From Promethearchaeota archaeon (GTDB taxonomy: Archaea; Asgardarchaeota; Lokiarchaeia; Sigyniarchaeales; SOKP01), in NCBI GenBank assembly GCA_018238625.1, contig JABCSY010000016.1:1-52924 (forward strand): a DNA stretch of 52,924 nucleotides. Reading direction: 5' to 3'. Under the pieces are notes generated by a model. That model had not been told where the DNA came from. It searched no databases and worked only from the letters and a program-made list of their open reading frames with translations. The translations under genes and the position numbers were made by a program. Of this stretch, positions 40,027 to 50,611 are shown piece by piece. Every line of letters begins with the position of its first letter. Position 1 is the stretch's first letter.

Positions 40027-40446
40027 TCAGAGAAAAGCTAAAAATGTATGTGTAATAACACTAACAATCATAAATAATAAGAAAAATATTCCTATACCCG
40101 GTTTTATAATATTCTTCCAGCTCCATTCCTCTTTATCGTATTCGTATTTATACACAACAAAACTAACGAAAAATGGCGTAATAAACCAAAAACATAACAT
40201 CCAAATTAACAACCACCAGCCAATCAAACCAAAAAACAATCTTCCGATTAAACCGCTTAAAGCGCCCGAAATCGCTCTTACCCAATATAATCTTGTCTCT
40301 TTTTCTAATCGAATATCAATCTTTTTGGTCGCTTTTTTATCCACTTGAAGATCTTGCTTTGGAAGCAGTTTTTTTTTCTCTTTTATAAGCCTTTGCCGCT
40401 CTTTTTTAATATTAACCCTTTTCGGCCGTTTTTCTTTTTTTCCCAT
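40027..40446 (-). CDS. EMC6/Rab5ip-like three-TM membrane protein
   Basis: Basic N-tail, LYWVR.ISG..SG..G...G..G, third TM GIGIFFLLF. Confidence 0.55.
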   Translation of the reverse strand: MGKKEKRPKRVNIKKERQRLIKEKKKLLPKQDLQVDKKATKKIDIRLEKETRLYWVRAISGALSGLIGRLFFGLIGWWLLIWMLCFWFITPFFVSFVVYKYEYDKEEWSWKNIIKPGIGIFFLLFMIVSVITHTFLAFL

Positions 40447-40550
40447 AGTTAGTATTATTAATATTATTTTTTTTATTAAAATTTTGTAAAGTTCAATTTA
40501 TTTTTGATTTTTTAATAAAAGAAAAAAAAAGAGAATCATTATAGTATACA

Positions 40551-42608
40551 ATGAAAAAAAATATTAAATTTTCAAATTTTGATGTATTTGCTATTACAAA
40601 AGAATTAGATTTCGTTCTAACTCAGAGTAAAATTACTAATGTCTACGAAATTGAGGATATATTAATTTTAAAAATTAAGACTAAACTAAATGAAAAAAAA
40701 ATACTAATCGTTAAAAACGATTCGCGTATCAATTTTACTAGTTACGATTACCCAATACCAAAATATCCAAGTCAGTACATCGTATCTCTGAGAAAACTTC
40801 TAAAAAATAGAAAAATTTTAGCAATCAATCAACATAATTTTGATAGAATTGTTATATTCGAATTAAGCAATATAGAGGGAAAACCCTGGAAATTCATAAT
40901 TGAACTATTTAATAAGGGAAACTATATAGTATTAGACGATAAGAATCTTGTTAAAATAGCAAGACGCTATAGTAAATATAGAGATAGGGATATTTTAGCC
41001 AATAGAGAATACATGTTTCCAAAATCTAGGGGGATAGATTTTCTAACTATTAATCAAAATGATTTTAACGAAATTATACATAATTTTGAGGGTGAAATAG
41101 TAAGAGTTTTAGCACGAAATATAAACATATCTGGATTGTATGGGGAAGAAATATGCCATATAGCAAAGATTGATAAATTTAAAAACAGCAACGATTTAAA
41201 TCAAGAAGAATTGAATTTACTATTTCACGCTTTCAAAAATTTAAGAAATAAATTACTTTTTGGCGAAATAAATGCTCATATTGTTTATAACGAGAACGGA
41301 GAAGAGATCTGCGTTATCCCTTTTGAATTGGAACTTTTTAAAAACAATAAGAATAAAAATGTAAATTCTTTTAACGATGCTGTAGATGAATACTTTTCAA
41401 AACTAGATTCCCTTAATTTAATAACGCCACAAGACCAATCAATCAATCAAAAAATAAAATCTCAAGAAAAAATATTAAGAAATCAACAAGAATACCTTGT
41501 AGAACTCAAAATTAGAAAAGACATGTATTACGAGTATGGTGATTTTATATACGCTAATTTTAATGCCATACATAAGTTATTTAACGGAATTTTAGACGCT
41601 AAAGCTAAAGGCTACGGTTGGGAAGGAATTAATGCTAAACTACAAAGTGCCAAAAGCGAAAACTTAGAAGAGTTAGCATTTTTTGTTAAAATAATCCCTG
41701 CAACCAAACAAGTTGTAATTAATATTAACGAAAACGAAGTATATTTAAATTTAAATAAATCAGTTGGCGAAAACGCAAATCTAATTTATTCAAAAGGTAA
41801 AAAAGCAGAAAAAAAATTAACAGGAACATTTCCGGCAATTGAAAAAACAAAAAACAACATTGAAAAATTAAAGCTTAAAAAAGAATCAATCGAATTAGAA
41901 GTGAATTTTTTAATTAAAAAACCAACTAAAAAATGGTATGAAAAATTTAGATGGTTTATATCTTCAGATGGCTTCTTAGTAATTGGAGGAAGGGACGCGA
42001 GTTCGAACGAAACGATATTTAAAAAGTATATAACACCTAACGATTTAATTTTTCACACTAATTTTCCGGGCTCTCCTTTAGCCGTAATTAAAAATCCAGA
42101 AAATAAAGAAATTCCCGAAAGTTCAATTAAGGAGGTGGCTGACTTCGTAGCAAGTTTTTCTATAGCTTGGAAAGAAAATTGGGGCGTTGTTGATGTTTTT
42201 TATGTTTTACCGAATCAAATTTCAAAAACGCCTCCTTCTGGCGAGTATTTACCTAAAGGCTCTTTCATGATTTCTGGAAAGAAGATTGTAATTAAAGACG
42301 CTAAAACTGAGTTAGCTCTTCGATTAGAGCTCATAGAAGTCAAAGACGGCGCTAATCCGAATGTTAAAATATTATATCCGCAAATAATTTGCGAGCCCAC
42401 AGGCACCATTAAAAATAAAACAAGCAATTCAATACTAATTAAACCTTCAAAATCTGGACTAACCAAAGGAAAGTTAGCAAAGGAATTGAAATCAATCTTT
42501 CTTAATAATTCTGAAGGGGATAATAAAAAGTGGGTAAAAATTTTGTCTTTAGACGATATTATCCTTATACTTCCTCCCGGAACATCTAAAATAACGAAAA
42601 AAAGTTAA
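40551..42608 (+). CDS. rqc2: ribosome quality-control factor Rqc2/NEMF (NFACT/FbpA family)
   Basis: FSNFDV, FDRIV, IELFNKGN, coiled coil, WYEKFRWFISSDGFLVIGGRDA, SKTPPSGEYL..GSFMI.G. Confidence 0.93.
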   Translation: MKKNIKFSNFDVFAITKELDFVLTQSKITNVYEIEDILILKIKTKLNEKKILIVKNDSRINFTSYDYPIPKYPSQYIVSLRKLLKNRKILAINQHNFDRIVIFELSNIEGKPWKFIIELFNKGNYIVLDDKNLVKIARRYSKYRDRDILANREYMFPKSRGIDFLTINQNDFNEIIHNFEGEIVRVLARNINISGLYGEEICHIAKIDKFKNSNDLNQEELNLLFHAFKNLRNKLLFGEINAHIVYNENGEEICVIPFELELFKNNKNKNVNSFNDAVDEYFSKLDSLNLITPQDQSINQKIKSQEKILRNQQEYLVELKIRKDMYYEYGDFIYANFNAIHKLFNGILDAKAKGYGWEGINAKLQSAKSENLEELAFFVKIIPATKQVVININENEVYLNLNKSVGENANLIYSKGKKAEKKLTGTFPAIEKTKNNIEKLKLKKESIELEVNFLIKKPTKKWYEKFRWFISSDGFLVIGGRDASSNETIFKKYITPNDLIFHTNFPGSPLAVIKNPENKEIPESSIKEVADFVASFSIAWKENWGVVDVFYVLPNQISKTPPSGEYLPKGSFMISGKKIVIKDAKTELALRLELIEVKDGANPNVKILYPQIICEPTGTIKNKTSNSILIKPSKSGLTKGKLAKELKSIFLNNSEGDNKKWVKILSLDDIILILPPGTSKITKKS

Positions 42609-43348
42609 GCTCTTTTTAACCACTGTTTTATAATTTTAATATTTTTATGATCATCAAATAAAATCCCATCGATTTGAAGTTTAATTAAATCTTTAATCAT
42701 TTCAACAGAATTAGCATATTTAATAAAGCCCCAAGCTAGAGCTTTAATACCGTTTTCGTGACAAGTGGCTATAAAATTAGCTTCAATTAAATTTGACTTT
42801 AAACTTATCATGTCTGGTATGAAACGTAAATTCTTCTGATTCCCCAATTCTATAAATTCTTTTAAACTTAATCCGGTTCCTTTAGTAATATTATAACAAA
42901 CTTGACATTTAGGAAATTCCTTTTTAGTTATCCTTAATATTTCGTAATTTCTTCCGCAAATAACGCAATCTTTTAACAACCCTTTCTTAACCACCATATT
43001 GATTACGTCATTTTTTATTTCTTCTTCTTTTAAATCAATCATGAACTTCGTTCTTTTTGCAAGTTTATCTAAAACTTTAGTTAAAAGAGGAATATCAGCA
43101 GTTCTAATTTTAGTTTTATAATTTTTAAATTCAGCGTAAGTTAAATCTTTTAGATACACTAAACCAACTATAGTCTTGTCTATGAAAGCATCATGAAAGA
43201 CTAACAAATTTCCATCGTTCAATCTTCGAACATCAAATTCAATGTACTGAGCACCGGATTTAATCGCTGCTTCGAATGATTTTAATGTATTTTCATTATA
43301 ATCTATTATAGTGCCTCTATGACCAATAAATAGTAAATTCCTTTTCAT
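42605..43348 (-). CDS. glycerophosphodiester phosphodiesterase
   Basis: GHRG...ENT..SF, IEFDV..L.DG..VFHD, DLK, DGILFD. Confidence 0.92.
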   Translation of the reverse strand: MKRNLLFIGHRGTIIDYNENTLKSFEAAIKSGAQYIEFDVRRLNDGNLLVFHDAFIDKTIVGLVYLKDLTYAEFKNYKTKIRTADIPLLTKVLDKLAKRTKFMIDLKEEEIKNDVINMVVKKGLLKDCVICGRNYEILRITKKEFPKCQVCYNITKGTGLSLKEFIELGNQKNLRFIPDMISLKSNLIEANFIATCHENGIKALAWGFIKYANSVEMIKDLIKLQIDGILFDDHKNIKIIKQWLKRA

Positions 43349-43378
43349 GTTTGAATTTAAAATGATAAATAATGACTT

Positions 43379-43795
43379 TCAGCTTTCTTGAATTAAATAC
43401 AAGTAAAGAACAATCGCTAAAAGACCTACTAGCGTAAAGGAGAAAACCAAAGAATCTCTAAATGCCTGTATTAACGAAAAGAAAAATAACAATCCTATTA
43501 TTTTAAAATCTACTGGTTTGCCCGTTAATTCTTTGTAATTTCCAAGACTAACCATGATTAAAATGTTAAATATTAGAATAACGGAAACTTTAATTGTAAT
43601 ATCTAAAGCTAGCAAAAATGGGTCATCGGCCAGAAATATTGTAATTATTTCTCCATTTAATAAAATTGAAATAGCTAAAAATAGCCCTCCAAATATCGCA
43701 GACAGAAAAACTGAACGGTATGCGAATTTTTCTTCTATTTTTCCCTTCTTTTTAGTTTGTTGTGATTTAACACTATTTTTATTAATTTTTGACAT
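43379..43795 (-). CDS. membrane protein, unknown function
   Basis: About four TM helices. Confidence 0.7.
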   Translation of the reverse strand: MSKINKNSVKSQQTKKKGKIEEKFAYRSVFLSAIFGGLFLAISILLNGEIITIFLADDPFLLALDITIKVSVILIFNILIMVSLGNYKELTGKPVDFKIIGLLFFFSLIQAFRDSLVFSFTLVGLLAIVLYLYLIQES

Positions 43796-43796
43796 G

Positions 43797-44621
43797 TTAA
43801 CTCCTTATTCTTCTGATTTCCTTCTTGAGTTGAGTTATTCGATATAAATAAAAAATATAAAGAGCGCCAATTGTGCTGAAAATAACGATTGTTGTGATAA
43901 ACACTATGAGTTCTTCAATAGAAGCTGGAGTGAAAGTTGGATGTTGAAGCTTAATTGAAACAATATTTGAAATTATAATTCCATCTGGGTAAAGCGCTGT
44001 ATCTCCGAACACAATTTTGAAATCATAAAACCTATTATAATTTAAATAAACATCTTGAAGTGGACCTTCAGTTTCAGTACTTTTAACTGGCATTGAAAAT
44101 TCATATGTTATTTGATTTCCTTTTAGGTTAGATGCACCAATCCCATTAGAAATAATATCCTCTTCATACATTGTATCATTTATATGGTAATCTAGATATT
44201 GAAAAGTGTTCTCACTTATGTTTGAATATTGAACAATTTTAGCGTCAGTAAAATCAGAGTTAGAATTCTCGTCTGCAATTAAAATTCCTATGAACTCGTT
44301 ATCGTAGTCACTAGAACCATGATCTTCCAAGTCAAATCGTACTAGTATATATAGGTTTTCACCCTCTTGTATGACCCATAAATCAATTGCTAATCCGTTT
44401 TCTGGAACTGTTATATTGGGATACAAGTATATGTTTTGCTTCTCGGCTTGGTTCCACTCGCCCGTGGTGCTATCAATGATCCCATCTATAACTGGGGCCG
44501 ACCCAAAACCTACTACAATTTCAATTGGATCTCCATAACCATTTGTTATTAAAAGCATGGAGCTCAAGAATATTTGAGTTATGACAATTAGAGTTAATAA
44601 TTTTGTTGTGATTTTTTTCAA
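43797..44621 (-). CDS. secreted, C-terminally anchored beta-sandwich protein (CBM9/DOMON-like)
   Basis: Signal peptide, APVIDG...EW, NLYI, YEFSMP, C-terminal TM and basic tail. Confidence 0.65.
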   Translation of the reverse strand: MKKITTKLLTLIVITQIFLSSMLLITNGYGDPIEIVVGFGSAPVIDGIIDSTTGEWNQAEKQNIYLYPNITVPENGLAIDLWVIQEGENLYILVRFDLEDHGSSDYDNEFIGILIADENSNSDFTDAKIVQYSNISENTFQYLDYHINDTMYEEDIISNGIGASNLKGNQITYEFSMPVKSTETEGPLQDVYLNYNRFYDFKIVFGDTALYPDGIIISNIVSIKLQHPTFTPASIEELIVFITTIVIFSTIGALYIFYLYRITQLKKEIRRIRS

Positions 44622-44799
44622 AGTTCTATAGTCACTTTATGAATTGTTCAATTTAGCATTTAATTAAAAATGATAATTAAAATTGAATTTAATATTTTTT
44701 CTTTACTTAACTAATTATTAACGATATTAATCAAATATTATGATTGATTTAAATTTAATAAAAGAACTCATTTCTATAATAATATCGCAAAATCTCGAT

Positions 44800-45249
44800 T
44801 TAAGGGAGATAATTGGGAAGTAGAACGCTACAATTAAACTTGTTTAAATACGCTATAATGTAATTTATTAATCGTTTTATATCGTGCTTCGCTTCAAGCA
44901 TGTTGCTATTATTATATTCTGCGAAAGCTTTTGGACCTATCGCAATTAGTAGACCAGATAAATCCTTCTCTCTTTTAATGAAAAGCCAAAACGGTTTCTT
45001 TTTTTCGTTATCTTTGATCAAAAGCAACATCCAAGCGTTTAAAGTCCATTCTTTTGCATCCGGTCCAATAATTTTCTCAATTGCGTGTCCAGTAGTATAT
45101 TTTTTAGTCATCTTTATTGCTTTTACCAACCGTATAAAGTAGGACCTTTTTAATTTTAAATACCCATTAAAATATACATTAGCATCGAATAATTCTAGCT
45201 CTTTTTCCGTACCATCAGAGAATTTCAGAAAAACTTTCCATGTTTTCAT
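44800..45249 (-). CDS. hypothetical protein
   Basis: ATG ORF in a tightly packed run downstream of pop5/rpp30. Confidence 0.7.
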   Translation of the reverse strand: MKTWKVFLKFSDGTEKELELFDANVYFNGYLKLKRSYFIRLVKAIKMTKKYTTGHAIEKIIGPDAKEWTLNAWMLLLIKDNEKKKPFWLFIKREKDLSGLLIAIGPKAFAEYNNSNMLEAKHDIKRLINYIIAYLNKFNCSVLLPNYLP

Positions 45250-45253
45250 TTAT

Positions 45254-45694
45254 TTAATTCACTTTACTTTTAGCCAAACTTATTTCTTCTATTTTAATAT
45301 CTTTGAATTTATTTTTATTCTTATCCAATAGCGTTTTTAAATCTTTAGATTTTTCCTCATCTAAGGAAATATTCAAGTAGCACTCAAAAAATAATTTTCC
45401 CTCCACCAAAACCAACCCCGAAGAATGAATGATCTCGTATTCGTGAAGTTTCATAGAGAAGTTTTCTATATGTTCATCAATCGGGGTTAAACCCGTTAAG
45501 GTAACCTTTAGAACCTTTTCTTTATTTATAGGGTATATTGTTAGTTTTGCAAATCTGGTAGTTTCTGATTTGACAATTAATAAATATCCATATTTGTGTT
45601 TCTCTTTAATGTGTAATAGTGAAATGTTTATATTTAAGCTAAAAGATTCGCCAATCTCTTTGATTTGGCCAACTGTGAGGCTTGGGTTTATCAT
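45254..45694 (-). CDS. hypothetical protein (possible ACT-like C-terminal half)
   Basis: EIIHSSGL...FFECY pattern; operon context. Confidence 0.65.
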   Translation of the reverse strand: MINPSLTVGQIKEIGESFSLNINISLLHIKEKHKYGYLLIVKSETTRFAKLTIYPINKEKVLKVTLTGLTPIDEHIENFSMKLHEYEIIHSSGLVLVEGKLFFECYLNISLDEEKSKDLKTLLDKNKNKFKDIKIEEISLAKSKVN

Positions 45695-45727
45695 TTTCTT
45701 TTTTAATGATTGTAATATCTAATTAAT

Positions 45728-46069
45728 TTATCCTTTATTTGTTATTAATTTTTTTAAAGTCTTTATGCTACGAATCGTTCCGGAAGTCTTAATTGGAGAT
45801 AAAATTACTCTTTTACCTGATATTTCAGTAATCAGAGTTATTGCTGAAATAACTATTTCCTTCGTGTTATGAGAACACCGAATGAGGCCGAAACCTTCCT
45901 TGAAATCTATATCTAACAACCATAATCCTACTTTACTAGCTTCTCTCAATCCAAAATATTTCCAAATTGATTGCCAAATAGCGTTTAAAACCTCTCTTTG
46001 ACCCAAATCGGAATTATCTTTGGTAATTACTTTGAATAGAATGTATCTATTTCTTTCTTTTTTTACCAC
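45728..46069 (-). CDS. pop5: RNase P protein Pop5 (Rpp14/Pop5 family)
   Basis: ERNRYILF, YFG, GLIRC, TSGTIR. Confidence 0.92.
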   Translation of the reverse strand: MVKKERNRYILFKVITKDNSDLGQREVLNAIWQSIWKYFGLREASKVGLWLLDIDFKEGFGLIRCSHNTKEIVISAITLITEISGKRVILSPIKTSGTIRSIKTLKKLITNKG

Positions 46070-46794
46070 TATAGCTCACCCTCGTTTAATAGTTTTACGC
46101 CGGATTCGACGATGTTCTTGTCTTGACGTGCATGTACGCGATGTAGTAAGGTTAAAATATTTTCAGAAAAAGCCTTCTTGGCGCTCAATAAAGGGATCCC
46201 TAACAATGTATGACAAACGCTAATTAAAGCCCTAGGATGCCTTAGATTAAAGAGCTCGTCAAAGTTTCCGCTTATAATATAGTTAGCTTTTAATCCCACT
46301 GCTAATTGGACTGCACGATATAAACTTCTCAAGTACTTCGATTGAATTGCTTGGTTTCTCGCCATTAATGGTGCTAGCGAAAATTCTATGAAAGACCTAT
46401 TTTGTTTTGTTAGGGATATAATTCCTGGAGAAATTGTCTTGATTACATTTTGGTCTGAAAACGAAATTATATCCACTCGAGAATCTTTAGCAGCTTGAAT
46501 TTGAATGTTTTTATCCATAGATTCAACCGAAATAATATCTGAGAAATTATTGTAAGGTTGTATTCGTTTTTTAAGGTCGTTTAGGCTATTTGGCTTCAAA
46601 TTAATGCGATAATAGAGGTTCAGATTCGATATTTTACTGATTCTCTCCTTCAACTCTGAATTGAGCTTTACGATGTCATTTTTTGGTTCTAAAATTAAAT
46701 TGTTTATCCGTAATTCTTGACAGAATTTTAACTTTCTCTCAATCTCTGCGAAATCGTTTACATTTAGTTTTAACCTAGATTCAAAGTAAGACAA
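46069..46794 (-). CDS. rpp30: RNase P protein Rpp30
   Basis: AAKDSRVDII, IEFSL, ISG...LRHPR; adjacent to pop5. Confidence 0.88.
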   Translation of the reverse strand: MSYFESRLKLNVNDFAEIERKLKFCQELRINNLILEPKNDIVKLNSELKERISKISNLNLYYRINLKPNSLNDLKKRIQPYNNFSDIISVESMDKNIQIQAAKDSRVDIISFSDQNVIKTISPGIISLTKQNRSFIEFSLAPLMARNQAIQSKYLRSLYRAVQLAVGLKANYIISGNFDELFNLRHPRALISVCHTLLGIPLLSAKKAFSENILTLLHRVHARQDKNIVESGVKLLNEGEL

Positions 46795-46921
46795 TTAGAA
46801 TTTGACCTCTATTTTAAAATTGCGAATTTAATGTAGCGTTTTTAGATTTTAAAATATTTTTAAATAAAAAAAATTTTATTAAAGATAAATATTTAACATG
46901 ATATATTGTTTTATATTATGA

Positions 46922-48211
46922 GTGGTTCTCTTGTCAAAGAAACGAAAGCTTTCTGATATAAGGAAGAAAATTATTAAAGGAACTGCTAATGTATATACTG
47001 TTCAAGATTTAATTAATCGTATAAATAATAACGAAAAAATTCAATTCGAAGATGTAGATGTTGTTACTACCGCTACTAAAGCACTTATGAGTGGGATTGC
47101 GGGAATTTTCTCTTTTAGATTATCGCCACCTAAGACTATAAGAAAATTTATGGATGTCTCTCTAAATGGAATATCCGCATTTCCTGGACCTTGCCCTAAT
47201 GAGTTTCTCGGTATAGTAGATTTAATATTATATGGTACTGCACAGAGTAATACAATAAAGAATTATTCTGGTGGCATTCTTTTTAGAGATCTCGTTGAAG
47301 GCAAAGAAGTAGACATAATTGCAAAAGGAGAAGAAGGGGAAATAATCGAGAAAAAAATAACTTTACACGATATGCAATTCGCAAGAATGATGGGAACTAG
47401 ACAAGCAATTAGAAACTATTTTGCAATGATAAATCCTAGTTCAGAGAAAGTAAATACTATCTTTTCAGTGCTTCCTTTAGAAGGTAATTATTCTCAAATG
47501 TCCTTTTCTGGTTGTGGGGCAATGAATCCTTTTCAAAACGATCCTAAGGCGGATGTTTTTGGAGTTGGAACACCAATATTAGTTAATGGATGTAAAGGGT
47601 ATATTTTTGGACCGGGAACAAGAAATGATAAATTAAAACCTAATATGCAAACAATTGCAGACTTTAAAGGTATGAAACCAGAATATATGGGGGCTTTTCA
47701 AACATCATACGGTTTAGAAAATATTTGTAGCATTGCAATACCTATACCAATATTAAATGAAAAAATTTTTCAAAATATTATTAAATCAGATAATGATGTT
47801 CCACTTGTAATTTTAAATGTAATAGGTAGAAATAAACTCGGGAAAATCACTTATGGCGATGTATGGGATAATAATTTCCTCGTTAAATTCAATCCGAAAA
47901 AATGCAAGGATTGTGATGAATGTCCCGTTGAAGAAAAATGCCCTACAAAAGCTTTCAATATGAACACTGGAATAGACAGAAGTCGATGTTTTAATTGTGG
48001 GACTTGCTTTTTTCTATGCCCAAAAAATGCATTTGAAGCTGATCTAAAAACTGTGAAATTTGAAACTAAGGAAATACCGATTATATTAAGGCAATCTGAT
48101 AGATATGGAGCGATAAAATTGGCAGAAGAATTAAAACACATGATTCTTAAGGGTGAATTTCCGTTGAAAGAACCTACTGGGAAATTAGAATTCGCTGAGA
48201 AAGTAAAATAA
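46922..48211 (+). CDS. methanogenesis marker 16-like metalloprotein (DUF39 domain plus 2x[4Fe-4S] ferredoxin)
   Basis: DVDVVTTAT, GPCPNE.LG..D, SFSGCG..NP.QND, CKDCDEC...CP, CFNCGTC...CP, RQSDR. Confidence 0.82.
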   Translation: MVLLSKKRKLSDIRKKIIKGTANVYTVQDLINRINNNEKIQFEDVDVVTTATKALMSGIAGIFSFRLSPPKTIRKFMDVSLNGISAFPGPCPNEFLGIVDLILYGTAQSNTIKNYSGGILFRDLVEGKEVDIIAKGEEGEIIEKKITLHDMQFARMMGTRQAIRNYFAMINPSSEKVNTIFSVLPLEGNYSQMSFSGCGAMNPFQNDPKADVFGVGTPILVNGCKGYIFGPGTRNDKLKPNMQTIADFKGMKPEYMGAFQTSYGLENICSIAIPIPILNEKIFQNIIKSDNDVPLVILNVIGRNKLGKITYGDVWDNNFLVKFNPKKCKDCDECPVEEKCPTKAFNMNTGIDRSRCFNCGTCFFLCPKNAFEADLKTVKFETKEIPIILRQSDRYGAIKLAEELKHMILKGEFPLKEPTGKLEFAEKVK

Positions 48212-48227
48212 TAATTAAAAATAATAT

Positions 48228-48680
48228 ATGATGAAAATGTCTGAATTAAAATTGGATAAATTTGATCAAATTGGAATTGTTGTTAAAGATATTGAAAAAG
48301 CAGTAAAAATATTTGGTGGGGTCATGGATTTTAAAACCAAATTAAATATTGTCGAACAGAGTTCTACGGTCTGGTATAAAGGAAAGGAAGTTACATTTCA
48401 AATGAAAAAAGTGATGCAGAACTTCGGAGGAAAGCAATTCGAAATCGTAGAAATAATAGATTCAGAAGGAGACCACCTTTATTTAGACTTTATTAACGAG
48501 GGTAACGAAGGGCTACATCACCTCGGCGCTTACACCAAAAACGCGGATGAATTAATTGAACATTTTAAAAACCAATATAACATCGAAGTTATCCAAACCG
48601 GAAAAGCTGGAAAAGTGAAATTCGATTATTTAGACACCAAAAAAACTCTTGGCTTCTATTTAGAATTAATCTCTTTTTAA
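48228..48680 (+). CDS. VOC/glyoxalase family protein (methylmalonyl-CoA epimerase-like)
   Basis: DQIGIVVKDIEKA, QFEIVE, EGLHHLG, GFYLELI. Confidence 0.88.
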   Translation: MMKMSELKLDKFDQIGIVVKDIEKAVKIFGGVMDFKTKLNIVEQSSTVWYKGKEVTFQMKKVMQNFGGKQFEIVEIIDSEGDHLYLDFINEGNEGLHHLGAYTKNADELIEHFKNQYNIEVIQTGKAGKVKFDYLDTKKTLGFYLELISF

Positions 48681-48748
48681 AAAGCTCATATATTTTTGAT
48701 AATCCTACATTAGCAATATTTAATTCTTATTTTTAATATTGTTTTTAT

Positions 48749-50491
48749 ATGTCTAAACAAAATGTAAGTCCTTTAAATGGTGGTGACTTAGTAATAAAAT
48801 CCCTCCTCAAAGAAGGAGTAACAAAGATATTCGGACTTGTGGGTGGAGAATTACTGAGGATATACGATGCTGTAGAACGATATGGCCGTGAAGAAGGAAT
48901 TGATACGGTGATGGTCCGCCACGAACAAGCGGGCGGACATATGGCAGATGCTTGGGCACGCGCTACGGGGGAGCTGGGGGTCTGTTTAGGAACTGCAGGT
49001 CCAGGGGTGACCCACCTGGTTCCAGCAGTGGCTGTTGCATGGGCGGATTCAATTCCACTCCTCGTTATAGGGGCACAGATTGCCCGGATGTTTGATGATA
49101 CGGGGATTCTCCAAGGTGGATTAGATCAAATGAAATTGATGGAACCTATTACGAAACTACAGATATCCGTTGAAGATCCATATGAAATCCCAAGAGCAAT
49201 ACAAAGAGCTATCAAAGTTGCGATGTCAGGTAGAAGAGGTCCTGTTTTTCTAGAATTTAGAGAAACTGCTCTTGTAAGAAATGCTTCTGATGACGATGCT
49301 AAAAATATTTTAGATCCAGCGCAATATAGACCTATTAATAGGCCTGTCGGAAACCCGGATGCAATTAAAGCAGCAGTAGAAGTTTTAAAAACTGCAAAAA
49401 ACCCGTTAATTGTAGCAGGTGGTGGAATTCACGCATCAAACGCATCTGAAGAACTAAAGAAATTATCAACAACATATAAAATTCCTGCGGGGACGAGTAT
49501 AAATGGTGTTGGTTCAATAGATCTTCGCAGTGAAACTTACGTAGGTTCGTATTTAGTTGCAAACGCCTATCGAAAAGCCGTTTCTGAAGCTGATGTGGTA
49601 ATCTCTCTTGGTGCTAAATGGGATTATTCAATACTATTTGGTGCTCCACCCATTTGGAACCCCAATGCCAAAATCATTCAAGTTGATATCGATCCAGAGA
49701 TGATTGGACGAAATAGGGCTGTTGAAGTTTCTATTATTGGCGACGCTAAAGTCGTGATAAACCAGCTATTAACTGAAATGGAAAGTTCGCTCTCAAAAGA
49801 AAAGATCACCGAATGGGCCGAATGGAATAATTACCTTAGCGATATAAAAAAAAATGACGCCTTAATGATTCAAAAAATATTGAAATATAATAAATTACCT
49901 ATGAAACCTGAAAGACTTGCATATGAAGTCTTGGATTTTATAAGTTCCGATACACAATTAGTTATTGATGGGGGAGATATAGCTGTTTTTACGTTTGGTT
50001 TACTTAGTAATTTCCCTCGCGATCCAAGAACCCTCTACTTCCCTTTAACAATGGGACACTTAGGTACGGGAATTCCACACGCGATTGGGGCGAAAATAGC
50101 GAAACCAGATAAACAAGTTGTTTGTATCAACGGAGATGGAAGCTTTATGTTTAATGTACAAGAGCTAGCAACAGTTGTACAAATGAATTTACCTATAATT
50201 ATTGTTATTGCGAATAACTCCGCGTGGGGTATGATTAAGTCAAAACAGAAGGGAGAATATAAGAAGAGGTTCATTGATGTAGACCTCCCAGCTGTAGATT
50301 ACGCTGAGATCGCAAAAGGATTTGGCTGCTATTCCGAGAAAATTACAAATCCCGAAGATATTAAACCTGCTTTACAACGCGCTATAGATTCAGGAAAACC
50401 TAGCATACTTGATGTTAAAATAGCCTTTGAAACGCCAATAGCAATGAAAGTAATTGGAAATCTTAAGAAAAATCGTGGATTGTATGGATAA
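48749..50491 (+). CDS. ThDP-dependent enzyme (acetolactate synthase-like / 2-hydroxyacyl-CoA lyase-like)
   Basis: RHEQAGGHMADAWAR, TAGPG, GPVFL, DGGD, GDGSF...NNSAWGM. Confidence 0.92.
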   Translation: MSKQNVSPLNGGDLVIKSLLKEGVTKIFGLVGGELLRIYDAVERYGREEGIDTVMVRHEQAGGHMADAWARATGELGVCLGTAGPGVTHLVPAVAVAWADSIPLLVIGAQIARMFDDTGILQGGLDQMKLMEPITKLQISVEDPYEIPRAIQRAIKVAMSGRRGPVFLEFRETALVRNASDDDAKNILDPAQYRPINRPVGNPDAIKAAVEVLKTAKNPLIVAGGGIHASNASEELKKLSTTYKIPAGTSINGVGSIDLRSETYVGSYLVANAYRKAVSEADVVISLGAKWDYSILFGAPPIWNPNAKIIQVDIDPEMIGRNRAVEVSIIGDAKVVINQLLTEMESSLSKEKITEWAEWNNYLSDIKKNDALMIQKILKYNKLPMKPERLAYEVLDFISSDTQLVIDGGDIAVFTFGLLSNFPRDPRTLYFPLTMGHLGTGIPHAIGAKIAKPDKQVVCINGDGSFMFNVQELATVVQMNLPIIIVIANNSAWGMIKSKQKGEYKKRFIDVDLPAVDYAEIAKGFGCYSEKITNPEDIKPALQRAIDSGKPSILDVKIAFETPIAMKVIGNLKKNRGLYG

Positions 50492-50611
50492 CTCGCTTGT
50501 ATAATTATTTAACAAACTTTTTCTTTTATTTTTTTTAACCTTGGAATATCCTTAAAATGAATGAAAATATGCTATTAATTATAATTCTATATTTTTAAGA
50601 GGTAAAGAAAA

